Below, one piece after another: positions 52,001 to 64,000 of a stretch of DNA of 64,000 nt. The stretch comes from Azolla caroliniana (taxonomy: Eukaryota; Plantae; Polypodiophyta). The notes beneath the pieces were generated by a model. That model saw only the letters and a list, made by a program, of their open reading frames with translations. It searched no databases and was not told the DNA's origin. The translations under genes and the position numbers were made by a program. The stretch is taken from the NCBI GenBank assembly GCA_043228905.1, contig JBHGNT010000005.1, forward strand, positions 16,554,001 through 16,618,000, read 5' to 3'. Position 1 is the stretch's first letter. Every line of letters begins with the position of its first letter.

Positions 52001-54541
52001 CCGCCGAGAGACTGATGCGGCATTGGGCCACAGACGTCCGAGTGGACTAAATCGAGAGGTCTTGTTTCTCTTGGTGCTGATGTCGGGTGTGATGCGGCTG
52101 CTTGTTTGCCATACTGGCAATGTTCGCAGAATTGATGGTCCGAGAAGGAGAGTTTAGGGATGTATCCGGCTCTAGATAGGTGCGTAATGCCGGCCTTGCT
52201 GAGGTGTCCTAATCTTCTGTGCCATAGTGATGACACAGGTATATCCACCAAAAACAGGTTACCCTCTCTGAGCGTAACATGTAACGGATACAATGAGTGT
52301 ATCTTGGGTCCTCTAGCAAGCAGGAGGTTCCCCCTGTGGAGTGTCCACCCTCCCGAAGAAAAACCGGCACGAATGCCGTCTTCATCTAGTTGTCCGACTG
52401 AGATCAATGGTCTTGAGAGCTCGGGTACATGTCGGACATTGTGAAGTACAAGTGTAGAGCCACCTGCAAGGTTGAGCTCTACTGTGCCGATTCCAATGAT
52501 GTCACAGTGTTGCGAGTTGCCGACTCGAACTGAGTCGGAGTGACGGATCGTATATTGCCGAAATTGGGACCGATGAGGAGTCACGTGAAATGACGCGCCC
52601 GAATCTAAGAGCCATGTGCTCGATTCTTCAGTCGTGAGCAGAACTTCTGATCCGACTGGATTTTCGATTGATAGTATATTCGGGTCGTTTGGTAGCACAT
52701 CAGCTGAGAAGCTGACGTAATTGATCTCCTCATGCCGGCCACTCTTCTTGTCTGATTTCTGAGACTTGTCATTCTTGTTCTTGAGTGCGCGGCAGTCGGC
52801 TTTGATGTGTCCGGGTTTCTTGCAATAGTTGCAGATTCGATTATCCCGTGACTGGCTCCGTCTTCGCTGATTGTTCGGCTGCCGTGAGGAATCTCTTCCT
52901 CGTATGTTCGATCGTTCTGTCGAACCTTGTACTACATAAGCGTCGTCTGTTGAGTCTTTGGCGAAAGACTTTCTCCGAGCTGCTTCGGTCAGGATTGCGC
53001 TCGTGATTTCGGAGTATTTAACAGCCGTGGTTGACGCGTTGCACACGGTTGTGACGAAAGTTTCCCATGATGAGGGAAGGCTGCTCATGAGTATCATTGG
53101 TTTGAGTTCATCCTCGATTGCCGTCCCCTGAGATGAGATTTGGGAGCTTATGCTTTCGTACTCATTGAGATGTGCTTGAACCGAATCTGATTCTGTCATT
53201 CGCAGGTTGTAGAGGCGCCGGATCAGAAACATCTTTGTTGCAGCGACCTTCTCTTCATAAGTGTCCGACAGTGTTTTCCACAGTTCGAATGTTGTCGTAC
53301 ACGATTGCACCGTAAAGTATACCGATTCCGATAGGTGCATCCGAATCGTGGCGCGGACGATTCTGTCCAGCTTCTGCCACTCAATTGGTTTGTATCCTTC
53401 TGGAGGTTCTTCATTTTCGATGGGATCGATTTGCCCCTTGACTATGAGATAGTCCTGCATTTGCTCCTTCCAGAAGTTGAAGTTCGATCCATCGAACTTT
53501 CGTAGACTCATTTCTGACGAGCCGGATGTTGATGTCATCAAATTTGGTTTCGGTTGACGAAGCTCGGTTTGGAGTTGACTACGAACCTTGTTGGAGTGCA
53601 GCCGGTTGGCTCACCCGATATCGTTCTAATCGGATTTGAACCCGAGTCGGTTCGGCTTCGGATATATGTATTGTTGAACTTGCTCGAATTGACTCCGGTA
53701 ACTTGAGGGACAGAACCGACTGGTCTTCCCGAATGTTGCCGAGTCGGAGTGAGCCCGGTTCGCTTCCGAATATATATGCCAAGTACCGATTATTGAAACC
53801 GATTGTCTGGACCGATTCTGCTTCGGGTGACTGCAACGATGAGAGAGACGGATCCAACTGATCCTCCCGAATGTCGATCAGCCGGATGAAGCACGAATTG
53901 GGGTTGTTGTCTTGAGACCGATCTGCACCAAGTGGTTACAATGAGCGGCGAGCAGCGTTTGATGACCTCTTCGGATGCCGTTTAACCGAGTGGAGCACGA
54001 TCGTGTCAATGTTGCACAAGGGGATTTCACCTCGAGCGGTTACGATCACAAGGAACAGAGTACAACCGGCTGGCTTACTCCAAGCGAAGATGATCTAACG
54101 CGATGAGATGCAAGCCTCGTTTTTCTTCTTCTTCTCTCTTCTTCGAATGACGCAGGAAACCGAATGCTGTGCAGGCTGAGACGACGGCCGACAGCGGATT
54201 GAAGAACCGAATACTGTGCAGGCTCTGATACCAGATGTTGGAGACAAGGCCGTCAATGCGGAAGATCAAACACCATTCGATTCTGTTGAATACCTGCGTA
54301 TGACAGTTTCTAAGGTCGTGCACAGAGATGGAGAGAAAGAGAGAGAGAGAGAGAGAGCACAAAGGAGTCTTTCTATTCCATAAGACTATAATACAACCAA
54401 CCTTACAAAAAGGTTACAAGGTCACTTTATATAGTGACCGACTTAGGGCAACTACCATTTATGCTAATTACACAAATGGCCCAAACTTGATCTATACAAA
54501 GAGATAGTGTGAATACATCCATTATACACTTGTATTCGACA
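49006..54541 (-). mobile_element. Ty1/copia element I, intact, same family as C
   Basis: LTRs 54236-54541 and 49006-49313 are identical apart from one GA unit. PBS 54222-54233, PPT at 49314-49320, TSD GACGA. Confidence 0.98.
49507..53538 (-). CDS. Intact copia Gag-Pol polyprotein (gag, zinc knuckle, protease, integrase, RT, RNase H)
   Basis: Uninterrupted ORF with CNYCKKPGHIKADC, LLDSGAS, WHRRLGH/CEHC, TDNGGEF, NGIAER, YVDD, YTDSD, TEAEY, SDSQ and SKHID. Confidence 0.97.
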   Translation of the reverse strand: MTSTSGSSEMSLRKFDGSNFNFWKEQMQDYLIVKGQIDPIENEEPPEGYKPIEWQKLDRIVRATIRMHLSESVYFTVQSCTTTFELWKTLSDTYEEKVAATKMFLIRRLYNLRMTESDSVQAHLNEYESISSQISSQGTAIEDELKPMILMSSLPSSWETFVTTVCNASTTAVKYSEITSAILTEAARRKSFAKDSTDDAYVVQGSTERSNIRGRDSSRQPNNQRRRSQSRDNRICNYCKKPGHIKADCRALKNKNDKSQKSDKKSGRHEEINYVSFSADVLPNDPNILSIENPVGSEVLLTTEESSTWLLDSGASFHVTPHRSQFRQYTIRHSDSVRVGNSQHCDIIGIGTVELNLAGGSTLVLHNVRHVPELSRPLISVGQLDEDGIRAGFSSGGWTLHRGNLLLARGPKIHSLYPLHVTLREGNLFLVDIPVSSLWHRRLGHLSKAGITHLSRAGYIPKLSFSDHQFCEHCQYGKQAAASHPTSAPRETRPLDLVHSDVCGPMPHQSLGGASYFVSFIDDSTRKVWAYPIRTKDRVFSIFSDWLAMVENQTDRKLKCFRTDNGGEFKSEEFVKFCRQRGIRREFTAPHSPEQNGIAERMNRTIQERIVSMLQHSGLSDGFWAEALLTAVHIINMSPSRPLGLQIPQELWIGSKPNYDKLRIFGCEAYALIPKDDRRKLAPRSRKCIFLGYGSDGEMGYRLWDPERRQIVRSSDVVFNESAMNPSVEKPIEVRRVTFSDVPTLQEGPALNTRSASRVAEPSTTDSDNSDSAQQNNSLSDHPTSIPDTTSPIIPRQSERLSQPPERYSPGIFFTDAGESTSYEEASTSVDSATWHLAMESEMHSIRANKTWDLVELPKNRRALPCKWVYRLKETSDSTTPKYKARLVAKGFRQEYGVDFDEIFSPVVKMTTLRFLLGVVAADNLELIQLDVKTAFLHGDLEEEIYMEQPKGFVAPGQEHLVCRLRKSLYGLKQAPRQWYKKFDDFIQSIGFSKSDEDHCLFTNTAQDGSPIFLIIYVDDMLISGRHAGELADLIRQLRLKFAMKDLGPARHILGMKISRHRDKRHLFLSQTDYIGRILERFNMQSAKSASTPLPMNLRLSQRDCPTSGPEGEDMKSVPYAPAVGSLMYLMVATRPDISHAVGVVSRFMHNPGRSHWNAVKHVFKYLAGTKDHDILFGPNSTSGVVGYTDSDFAGCIDSRKSTTGYCFKFGNGAISWKSKLQECTTTSMTEAEYVAASDVAKEALWLGRLAHTFRQVDHDSAPVVYSDSQGAVALSKNPVHHNASKHIDVRYHFVRDCVISGKIGLEKISTTDNVADGMTKCLSADRFRSLRHQMGVTTNQSG

Positions 54542-55339
54542 GACGAAAGTATTTGCCGCTTTAGCCTAGTACAACTTTGGCAGGTTTTTCTCATTCATTA
54601 TGGGCCTTGCTACCTCGAGGATGTGCCGATTCTTTCGTTCGGCTACTCCATTCTGTTGAGGTGTGTGTCGGCAGGTAAACTCTCGCTGGATTTCTTCTTG
54701 TAGAAGGTATGCGGGGAAGGGCGTTCGCGAAGTATTCTTTACCTCCGTCTGACCGTAGACATCGTACATGTTGACCGATTGCGTTTTCAACTTCGTTTTT
54801 AAACTTCCGAAAGTGTGTGAACACTTCACTCTTTTGCCACATAGGAAAGATCCAAGTGTGCTTGGAGAAGTCATCGATGAATGTGACGTAATATCGGCAA
54901 CCACCGAATGTTGCCATCTGAGATGGCTCCCATACATCTGAATGTATTACATCTAGGATTCCTTTGCTTACATTCCTCTCTTTTAGGAACAGTTGTCGAT
55001 GTTGCTTGACGAATTGGCAAGCTTCGCACACTCCAGCAATCTCCTTCTCTGTAAAAGTCGGGAGTCCGATAACGGCTCCTTTCGTTTGCATGCCTTTGTG
55101 CTTGTGGAGTTTGATATGGCCAATTCTTTTGTGTCATAGCTCTATGTGGGTGTCAACTTTATGGCCTTTTGTGAACATGGTCGATTTTGCCCATTCAACT
55201 CGAGGATAAACATTCGGCCTTCCCTTTGACCATGAACGATAATTCAACCTTTCTTTTCAATGAAGCAGACTCTATGATTTTTTTTTCCATAAAAAATATC
55301 CTCCATTGGTATTAAAAATAAAGTAAACAATATACATAT

Positions 55340-56950
55340 ATTGTCTTGCATTTGTTCAAAACTAATACAACACCTCCTCAGCATATCCACGGTCTCTATA
55401 GCCTCTTTTCAGTGCATTCCATGAGATGATATTTGAAACCATCATAGTGCTAAATGTTTTCTGTACAATTTCTCCATTTGGAGCATATCCCGAAATTAAA
55501 CTAGTCCATTCAGTAAGACTTCTTGCTCGTCCTATAGCAAAGACTTGTTGAGCTTCAAGTATACTTCCACAATTTGCATACATCTCAATAAGAGCACTTG
55601 TTTTTGTGACCTCCATGTTCTGCCTTGTTAGAGACTATGTTCGAAAACAAGCTTTCAAAAAGCAAATGAATGAAGTAGGGTTGGGAGAAAATCCTTCTAC
55701 TTGCATTTGCTCCAGGCAATAAAACACTTGCTTTTCGAACCCATAGTCAACATATCTAGATGCAATCACATTTAAATGAAATGATATCACGGAAAATAAG
55801 TTCATCAAAGACCATTCTTACATCCATTATCAGACCACATTTTATGTAGATATGAATCAAAGAGTTTCCCACAACCACATTTCCATCAAAACCAACTTTG
55901 ATGGCCTTTGCATGCATATATTGTCCTTTGAGAATACATATTCACTAAGGTATTTCTAAACATAACATCATTTTTTAGCAACCTTGAGTTGAGAATCATA
56001 TTATGCATTTGTTTACCCTTGTATAGAGCTCCTATGTTTCCACAAGCCTTTAAAATGCAAATGAATGAGATCACATAAGGAGAAAGCCCCTCCCTTGCAT
56101 ATGTTCAAAACTCTTCAGTGTTTCAAGATCTTGCCCCTATTGGGTATACCCTGAAATTAATGCAGACCAAGAGACTACATCTCGGACAAGAAGCCCTTCG
56201 AGCACTTCTTGAGCCTTCATGAGTACACCACATTCCACCTACATGTCAATCAAAGCATTTCCAATCACTGCATTCTTCTCCAGAAAACCCTTGCTTATAA
56301 ATATACCATGGATTAGTATTCCTTTCTGTATATCTCCTGTGTTGCCACAAACTCTCACGATGCCAAAAAAGGTTAGTATACTTGGAGAGAGGCCTTTGTT
56401 TTGCATAAGTTCCAAACAATTCAATGCTTAATGGTATAGCCCCATGTCCAACATACCCTGCAATTAGTGAATTCCATGAAATGTCATCACGAACAGGAAG
56501 CTCTTCAAAAATATTTTGTGCTTTTCCAAGCTCACCGCATTTTCTAAACATATTAATCAAAGCACTGCCAAGCATGATATTCTCCCTTAATAAGCTCTTA
56601 CTCGCAAATTCATTTTGAAATTGATTCTTCATATCTACTATTCCTTCTATGTTGCCACAAGATTTCAAGATGCAAATCAAAGTCACTTCATTTGGAGAGA
56701 GACCCTCTTTTTGCATTACTTCAAAGCAATTCAACACTCTATAACCTTTTTCTGGTTAGCATATCCTACATTTACAACATTCCATGAAGTCGTATCATAG
56801 TAAGGAAGCTGTAGTAGCACTTTCTGTGCTTCTTACCATATTTTGCATACATCCATACTAAACTACTTCCAAGATGGGTATTCTTTGTTAAAAAACCTTT
56901 TTGTCAAATATGAGCATGAACCTTGATACCTTCTCGAAGGACTTTCTTTT
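55340..56950 (-). pseudogene. PLS-class pentatricopeptide-repeat pseudogene
   Basis: Repeated motifs GLSPNEVTLICILKSCG, LGSALINMFRKCGELGKAQNIFEELPVRDDISWNSLIAGY, IGNALIDM, SALIEMYANCGSILEAQQVF. Many frameshifts and stops. Confidence 0.88.
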
Positions 56951-57039
56951 TGGACAATAGTTGTGGGCCGCCTTGGTTAGCCCACAACTATCCTCTCCCA
57001 TGTCGAAACTGACCGTCTCCTTCATCTCCACGACCATCG

Positions 57040-57820
57040 AGAATATACTTCTATGAAACCTCCACACCATCAACACTCAGCTTTATCAAAACCTCAAGAA
57101 GTATTATTCATGTTCCCACATCAGCCATGTCGATGGTTACCACCAAAATCATGTACCTATAACAACGAGATGATATAGTGTCCTCATCTCCTCAAGAAAG
57201 TATGCTTCGACCCCCACACCATCTTCACTCATCCTTATCACAAAACAAGAATCTGCTTCATTCAGTCCACATCAACCATCTCGCCGATTACCACCAAAGT
57301 CCTGTATGAATAACAACAAAATGAGTCTAGAAAGTTTCCTTATCTCCTCATGGTATGCTTCAGCCCCCACACCATCATCACTCATCCTAATAAAAAACAG
57401 AAAATCAGCTTCATTTAATCCACATCAACCATCTAGCTCTCGTCGATTATCATCGAATTTTTTTATCTACAGAAACAAAATGAGAATCCTCTCTACCTCG
57501 CCTCATGGAAATATGCTTCAATCCCCGATGCCATCATCACTCATCCTTATGAGAAACATAACATTTGCTTCATTCAGTCCACATCAACCATCTCGCCAAC
57601 CATCTCTCCATCTCACCGATTTCCACCAAAATTCTGTACTAACAACACCAAATAAGTCTAAAAAAATTTCCTCACCTCCTCATGATAATATGCTTCAACC
57701 CCCACACCATCATCACTCATCCTGGTCAAAAAACAGAAACCAACTTCCTCAAGTCCACATCAACCATCTCATTGTCATCGATTATCACCAAAATCTTGTA
57801 CCTACAAAGACAACATGAGT
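57040..57820. repeat. Degenerate minisatellite, ~5 units of ~150-175 bp
   Basis: CCCCACACCATCATCACTCATCC...CCACATCAACCATCTC recurs near 57060, 57212, 57364, 57523 and 57699. Confidence 0.85.
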
Positions 57821-58335
57821 GTCCACAAATCGTACGGGCTAGACCACTATCCATTGCAACCCAAGATAACCTAGGGTGTAGACCCAAAACACATGCAACA
57901 TTATCAGTAAATAAAGGTTCCATATCAACGGTTGATACATGAATTGACGATAACTTTTTGGTGGCAAGAAAACAAGTGCTTGCCGAAGACTTTCGCATGC
58001 CCAAAAAATTCCATTAAAGAAACCTAAAGACCCAACAATGGACTTAGGTAACGAAAAATTTGAATTAAAGAACCATCTAAGACTATAATCCCATTGACCA
58101 CCTACTTATGGCTTAACCTTATGTAAGTGTTGAATCCATAACTCCTCTCCTGGCAATAAACTCCTAACAACATGTTTAACAAGTAAGGCTTTACTTTGCA
58201 TAAAGGCGATCAATCAAACCTAGACCTCCTTCTTGTTTAGACTGTATAAGAACCGGCCAAGCTACCTTTGCTACAGAATTGTCTGAAATAGTGTTCCCCC
58301 AAATAAAATTACGTATTAGACGTTGAACTGTAAGC
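57820..58335 (-). mobile_element. L1-clade LINE ORF2 fragment (region after the RT domain)
   Basis: Minus-strand translation with frameshifts: VQRLIRNFIWG...AKVAWPVLIQSKQEGGLGLID...QSKALLVKHVVRSLLPG...QPLIWN. Confidence 0.8.
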
Positions 58336-59092
58336 GTTACTGACCTTTAATCATCGACTGAAGATTGAAGAAGGAGGGAGGATTCTCCCTTGCAAGGACA
58401 ACCAAACTTATTGCACCGAACTGAGCTGCTAGGCCGCCGAGGCATATTTGCACCATTTTATCGTCGTCGATGTTAACATTGATCAATCCAAGGGAGTCAC
58501 ACAACTCCTTGATCTTCAAAGTGTAGCTTCCGATCGACATATCCCTCTTTTGAATGTTATTCAACTCTTGACGGAGTTGAAGTTTCCATGCAGCTGCATT
58601 GGCCGCAAATATATTTTTGAGGTTCCCCCATGCCTCCTTCAACGTTCTGACCTCTCGAATATAGCCAAGCATGTGATCATGAGCACATGATGCTAGGCAA
58701 TACAACACATGGCTTCCCGCTTGTTCCCATGTTGAGTAGTCAACGTGTGTTGGGCTGGGTTGCGCTTCTTGTGCTCACTCAATATAACTCTAATAACCTT
58801 GGACGACAAGGTATTGGTGCATCTTGTATTCCCAAGATGCAAAGTTATTTCTGTCAAGCTTTTCACAGGGGAGAGAACGACCCATTTGAGTATTCATGAT
58901 GGTCTACTTGGTTGAAACAAGTTTTCTTCTTCTTCTCTATGATACGAACTGTGTAGGGTTGCTACTACAATGATTGGTCAATTCTTCGTGAACACCAGCA
59001 TATACACAACACGCGCGGATGGGCTTGGATCAAGCTAACCTTACTCTGATACCATATAAAGAATCGAGTGTGATTCTGTGCAGTGGAAGAGA

Positions 59093-59134
<42 letters not shown>

Positions 59135-59154
59135 TCCACACAAGATAGACAAGA

Positions 59155-59330
59155 AAAATAAAAAAACTATATACACAAGAAAACAATAACCGATAGTTAC
59201 AAAGAAGAGGAGAATGTGCTTATGTAGTCACCATCGCTCTATAAATAAAAAAACTATATACACAAGAAAACAATAACCAATAGTTACAAAGAAGATGAGA
59301 ATGTGCTTATGTAGTCACCATCGCTCTATA
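59155..59330. repeat. ~87-bp tandem duplication in the basal element LTR
   Basis: AAATAAAAAAACTATATACACAAG...CACCATCGCTCTATA occurs twice. Confidence 0.9.
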
Positions 59331-60360
59331 TTCTCTCACTACAACCACCTCTTGGGAAAGAGGTGGAGACTTAACCACCTACTAACTATGTGTCATAGGA
59401 CTAACTTCTATGACACATAAGTTATGATACAAAGTAGTGGGGTGCTCATACACTTCGCTATTCCTAAGGTGTGTTCCCACACTAGGGAAGTTGAGTTTGA
59501 TTTTCAACAACGTCATTCAATGGCACCATCTCACTTATTGCATGGAGTAAAATATTGAAAGTTCAAAAAATGTTCTTACATGGGAGTTAAATCCTCAACA
59601 TCCTATTTTGTCATGATATTAGAAACAAGTGCTCGGCCTATAGAGATGTTAGCCCATGCGCAAAGTATACAAAGCATAACCCAAAAGTCGATAATATGCT
59701 TGATCACATAGATTGCTCAAACATGTTTAGCAATGTCGGATGCAAGGTACAAAAAACTACTAAGATCAAAATCTATCTCATCTAGCTAGGTGTGGGACAT
59801 CATGGAATGGTTTAAAATCTAGGGAGTGGAAGAGTTATTGGAGTTATCAAGTGAATGCTATATATGATGAAACATGCTTAGGAATGTTGGATGCAAGGTG
59901 CACAAAAACTAATATGCTTATGAATCATATGGCTGGGTGTGCTGTCGACATTATGGAATGGTTTAAAAGCTGGGGAGTGGAAGAGTTCTCGGGCGATGCC
60001 ATGAAGTGTGCGATTATCGACGAAAGATTAGATTACTAGGGGTGCTAAGGATGGAACGCGAGAGTGTCAAAATTGGAATAATAGCACACTGCGAATTTCG
60101 ATCAATCCATCCCGAAGCAAAGCTAAAGCTAAGATTAAAGCTAACAAAGGAAGAAGCTCTACTTCTTACTTACTTACTTACATATTGATCTGTACATACT
60201 AGTTGTGCCACACTCCCCCCCCCCCCAACAACACAAAAAAAACAGGGGAAAGAATAATCTCTCTGTCTCTCTGTCTCTGTCTCTTCTGTGCGATAGAGAG
60301 TGTGTTTGGTTTTGCTGTGCGTGGAATCTGTGTGTGTGTGTGTGTGGGAGGCAGGCCGCG

Positions 60361-63300
60361 ATGGCGTGCGTGTACATCCCCGTGCAGAACTCGTCGGAGG
60401 AGGTGCGTGTGGATCTAGACCTCCTCCCTCGTGACGCAGCCGACATCCTCGACATCCTCAAGGCTGAGCAAGCCCCCCTTAACCTCTGGCTCGTCTTCGC
60501 AGTAAGCTTCCCTCCCTCTCTATGCTACAATGGAAAGGAAAATAATTGGAAACCTGAAACATATGCTACAATGGAAAGGAAAATAATTGGAAACCTGAAA
60601 TATATGCTACAATGGAAAGGAAAATAATTGGAAACCTGAAACATTTGCCCCCCCCCCCCCCCCCCGTTTTGAAGGGGGGGAGATTAGGTTTGAGAGGGAT
60701 ACGAAGCTGATTAACAGTACTAGAATTTCCTTGATTTGAATTCCTTTGTGGGAAAATTAATTATTACAGAAGATTAAAAGAAGAAATCATGTTGCAAGTT
60801 TATTCTTGCTATACTGGACTTTTCTTTGGTAGGCATCCATCTTCAACGAAAAATGCAGAAAGAGCAAGAGATAATTCATTTCGCAAGTTGATTCATCATA
60901 CTGAATTATCATTGATTTGAAGGTAGGATACAGAAAATTAATAGAGATTTCATGGAAAATCAATGCCTGACATTGTATATGCTGGAAGCCTTCCTGAAAA
61001 AAATTGCTATTTTATCTGTAAGCATTGTGTATTCCACGAGAAATTTATTTATTCCACATGGTATATAGTAAGGCTCCGAGTGTTCTCGTTTTGGATACAT
61101 AAATGTTAGCATGGGATATTATGCTGATTATTGCCTGTGCTACAATATATTCTAGGAATCATTTTCTCTCTCACAAGGATTTTGTGCAATTGCTGATGCC
61201 CAGTCTACTTATAATTCATGTATAGCTGTCCATTTTGTGCTCTCAGAAGTTAATGTATATATATAAATATATATAGTGGTTCCCATTTTGAAAGTTTGCA
61301 TTTTTTCTTCCCCAAGACTTAAACACTGTCAGTTATGCTGATTTTTCTGCTATACCTTACATACTTGTAGAGAGAATATTTCAAACAAGGGAAAATCAAA
61401 GAGTTTTTACAGATTTTGGAAGAAGGTTCAAGTCCAGGTACATTACTGCTTATCAACTTGAGTGCCCCTTATGTGTCTATATCATATGTTTGTTTGTTTG
61501 GCTACTTTTAAGTAAATTTAAATATAACTCCTAGCAGATATGTGCATTGTGGCACACAGTGCACGAAGTAGATACTTGCTGTATGTGCACTGACTAATGC
61601 AGAATGGAAGGAATCAAGGACCTGTCTGACTGACTTGTATGGAAAGGATGTGATGATTATATGTGGAGTTTCTGTGATAGTGACACTCATTGTATCCTTC
61701 ATGCAATTCATGTGTGAAAGCTGATAATAGCTCAAATTTATACCATTGTTGTGAACTGATAATTCTTGTAACTTTTTAAAGCTCACGTATGTAACCCTAC
61801 TTGTTTTATTGCTGATCACTTCCTTCTGTGAATTTCGATCTCATTCAAACTTACGAATTTCTGGTGTGAAGTGCGAATTTACGTGAGTGTGAAACACTTG
61901 TGTACGCACACAAACTATACATCTTTGTGTTCTCATTACATCTTTTAGTAAATCTAATCACTCAGCCAGAAGAATATCCACATCTCAGTTTCAAAGTAGA
62001 AGATGGGTAGGCTCTTGCAGAGGGCATGCCAAGCAAATGGCTAGAGATATCAATAGCATTTCAATCAAGACTAATTTGAGGTTTATATACGGTTGTGCAA
62101 TATGTAGGATGGAAGACTTACATTGCATCCATATTCAGCTGCATTTGGGCGAGCTTACCTCTGGCAGATTATGTGCATGCTGGAGCTCAGAGCCTCCCGC
62201 CTTACCTGGCCACAACCAGCAAGTCTGTGTAGCAAAGTTCCATGAATCAGTTAGTGCCACAAAGAATACAGCTCCAGATTCTTTGTGCTACCTATGCAAT
62301 TGATCTAGTTCATTAACCTTGCCACTTTTTGGCAAAGCAGAATATCCACTTTTGGATGATTCTCATCATGGACTAAAGCATACTTTGACCACAGTGAGGA
62401 AAACCTTGAAACTTCAAAATGCTTCCAAGTGTAGAAACAGATTTCATCCATCCAATCAAAACTGTTAGTAATCACCTACTATTGAGGTACATGACCAAGT
62501 CACATTGACATGTTAACATAAACCGTTGTAATATTTGTTAAGTCTCCCAGGCTACATGCTCTTTTAGAGACACTAATATCTTTCTTTCGTGTTGGGCTTA
62601 TAGGCCATTTTTGCATCTGGAAAGATGTTATTATGTCTTTCATTTCTTCGTTCTTTCTGTTTGTAGACACAGTGGTTCGGAAAGTAATTGGATGTTTTAA
62701 TTAATATTCAAAATAGGTATTGCATATTTGTATATTATTACTGAATGTAATATCGACATGCCATAACCAATACAATAGTTAATATAACACTACAAATACA
62801 GAAATAGGTGATATTACTGTTTGGGAAAGACATTGCATGTGTAAGGAAAAATATTTTTGGTTAGACGCTGGTAACTACCACTGTCTGGTTCAGGATACAC
62901 TTTGTATTACATTATGAAGAATGCTTCATTAATAATGAATGCCCATGTTTATTCATTTTAGAACTTATACCCTACCTGCCTCTCTTGGAACAGAGATTGA
63001 TGAATACTATAGTGATGTCAAATATGACCGCATTGCAATCCTCAATGCTCTAGGAGCATACTACAGCAATCTTGGGAAAGTTGAAACAAAACAACGTGAG
63101 AGGGAAGAATATTTTATCCGAGCAACACAATACTATAATAAGGCATCTAGAATAGATCAGGATGAACCGACAACATTTGTTGGTAAAGGTTGGTATTCCA
63201 TTGTTGTATTATTCATAATAGACCCTGGAATGTTTCTGTTGTTTGTCAATTGTTCTACATTTCAGATTTCATATTATGTTTTTCCAGGACAGTTATTGTT

Positions 63301-63712
63301 GGCGAAGGGGGATCTTGATCAATCCTCGCATGTTTTTAAAATTGTGTTGGATGGTAGGCCAGATAATGTTCCTGCATTATTGGGTCAGGTAAATTTCTCA
63401 GTGCACATATGGCCTTGTTAAATTATCCTTTATCTGGTCGTATAATGAGATTAATTTGGTATTATGCACAGGCATGTGTTGAGTTCAATCGTGGACATTT
63501 TCAAGAATCTTTAGAGCTTTATAAGGTAGGCAGATTGTGCTAACAGTTTTGACATGGTATCCTTGTTGAAATGCCCTTGATTGCTATCATAACAGAGAGC
63601 ATTGCGTGCCCATCCACGTTGCCCACCTGCAGTAAGGCTTGGTTTAGGCATTTGCCGCTATCGTCTTGGACAAATGAAGAAAGCTCGGCAAGCTTTTGAG
63701 CGAGTATTGCAG
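60361..63712 (+). CDS. CTR9: CTR9/VIP6/ELF8 homolog (PAF1 complex TPR subunit), first six coding exons; gene continues beyond the window
   Basis: GT-AG exons 60361-60501, 61371-61437, 62994-63188, 63288-63388, 63472-63525 and 63596-63712. They give MACVYIPVQNSSEEVRVDLDLLPRDAADILDILKAEQAPL..REYFKQGK..EIDEYYSDVKYDRIAILNALGAYY..NVPALLGQACVEFNRG..AVRLGLG..ARQAFERVLQ. Confidence 0.95.
60521..60643. repeat. 41-bp x3 tandem repeat in CTR9 intron 1
   Basis: TATGCTACAATGGAAAGGAAAATAATTGGAAACCTGAAA occurs three times, followed by a poly-C run. Confidence 0.95.
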
Positions 63713-64000
63713 GTATTGCGGCTGTGTTAATGTTTAACAAATAATTGCTGATAGGCATCAAATGCATCTTCTGTTATATGATATATTTGTCTCCATCGCT
63801 CTATTAGATAGCAGGATCTTACTGAATAGTTTGATCATAAAACCGTCTTCCTTAATAAATATCATCCTGTCTATTATTGCCTGCATGATAATCTCTCACA
63901 TAGGTCTCCAAAGCAAGGGAAGCACCTGTGATAGTGAGAGATAATGACCTTTATCTGTTGATGAGTTCGGGGCCTACGTGCATGGCAAATCTTCAGGATG

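Larger units (their letters stand above)
12032..59509 (-). mobile_element. Basal, oldest Ty1/copia element, fragmented by all later insertions
   Basis: 5' LTR 59055-59509, PBS 59043-59054, gag ~58345-58900, integrase 54542-55275 and 48339-49005, RT 20825-21147 and 12032-12333. The peptide rejoins across TSDs: AANTFV|YLMN, DYMTYH|YAFMM, EEVY|MVQPP. The link between gag and integrase across 55275-58340 is inferred. Confidence 0.8.

Noticed and set aside
57306-57818. 170-aa S/H/P-rich ORF
   Set aside because: Translation of the minisatellite with no recognisable domain.
61508-62303. Short ORFs inside CTR9 intron 2
   Set aside because: No homology cues, and the flanking exons splice in frame without them.

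Overview
Land-plant nuclear DNA; the PLS-type PPR motifs, Tcn1-like chromovirus and element families suggest a non-seed plant such as a fern (inference). Positions 1-59509 are one nest of LTR retrotransposons up to five levels deep. The nest is built on an old minus-strand Ty1/copia whose pieces rejoin in order across the target-site duplications (TSDs). It holds six further copia elements, including one intact 1343-aa copy with near-identical LTRs, plus a self-priming Tcn1-like chromovirus, four non-chromoviral Ty3/gypsy-type elements or fragments, a solo LTR, an L1 fragment, a minisatellite and a PPR pseudogene. The first six exons of CTR9/VIP6 (PAF1 complex) run from 60361 toward the window end. 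The most unusual observation is a gypsy element with no polypurine tract (PPT) and an inverted second tRNA-Arg primer-binding site (PBS) in its place. Next come antisense tRNA-like Pol III modules (A/B box) inside the LTRs of three different gypsy families, and a Tf1-type self-priming signature. All coordinates were read by eye and no database search was run.
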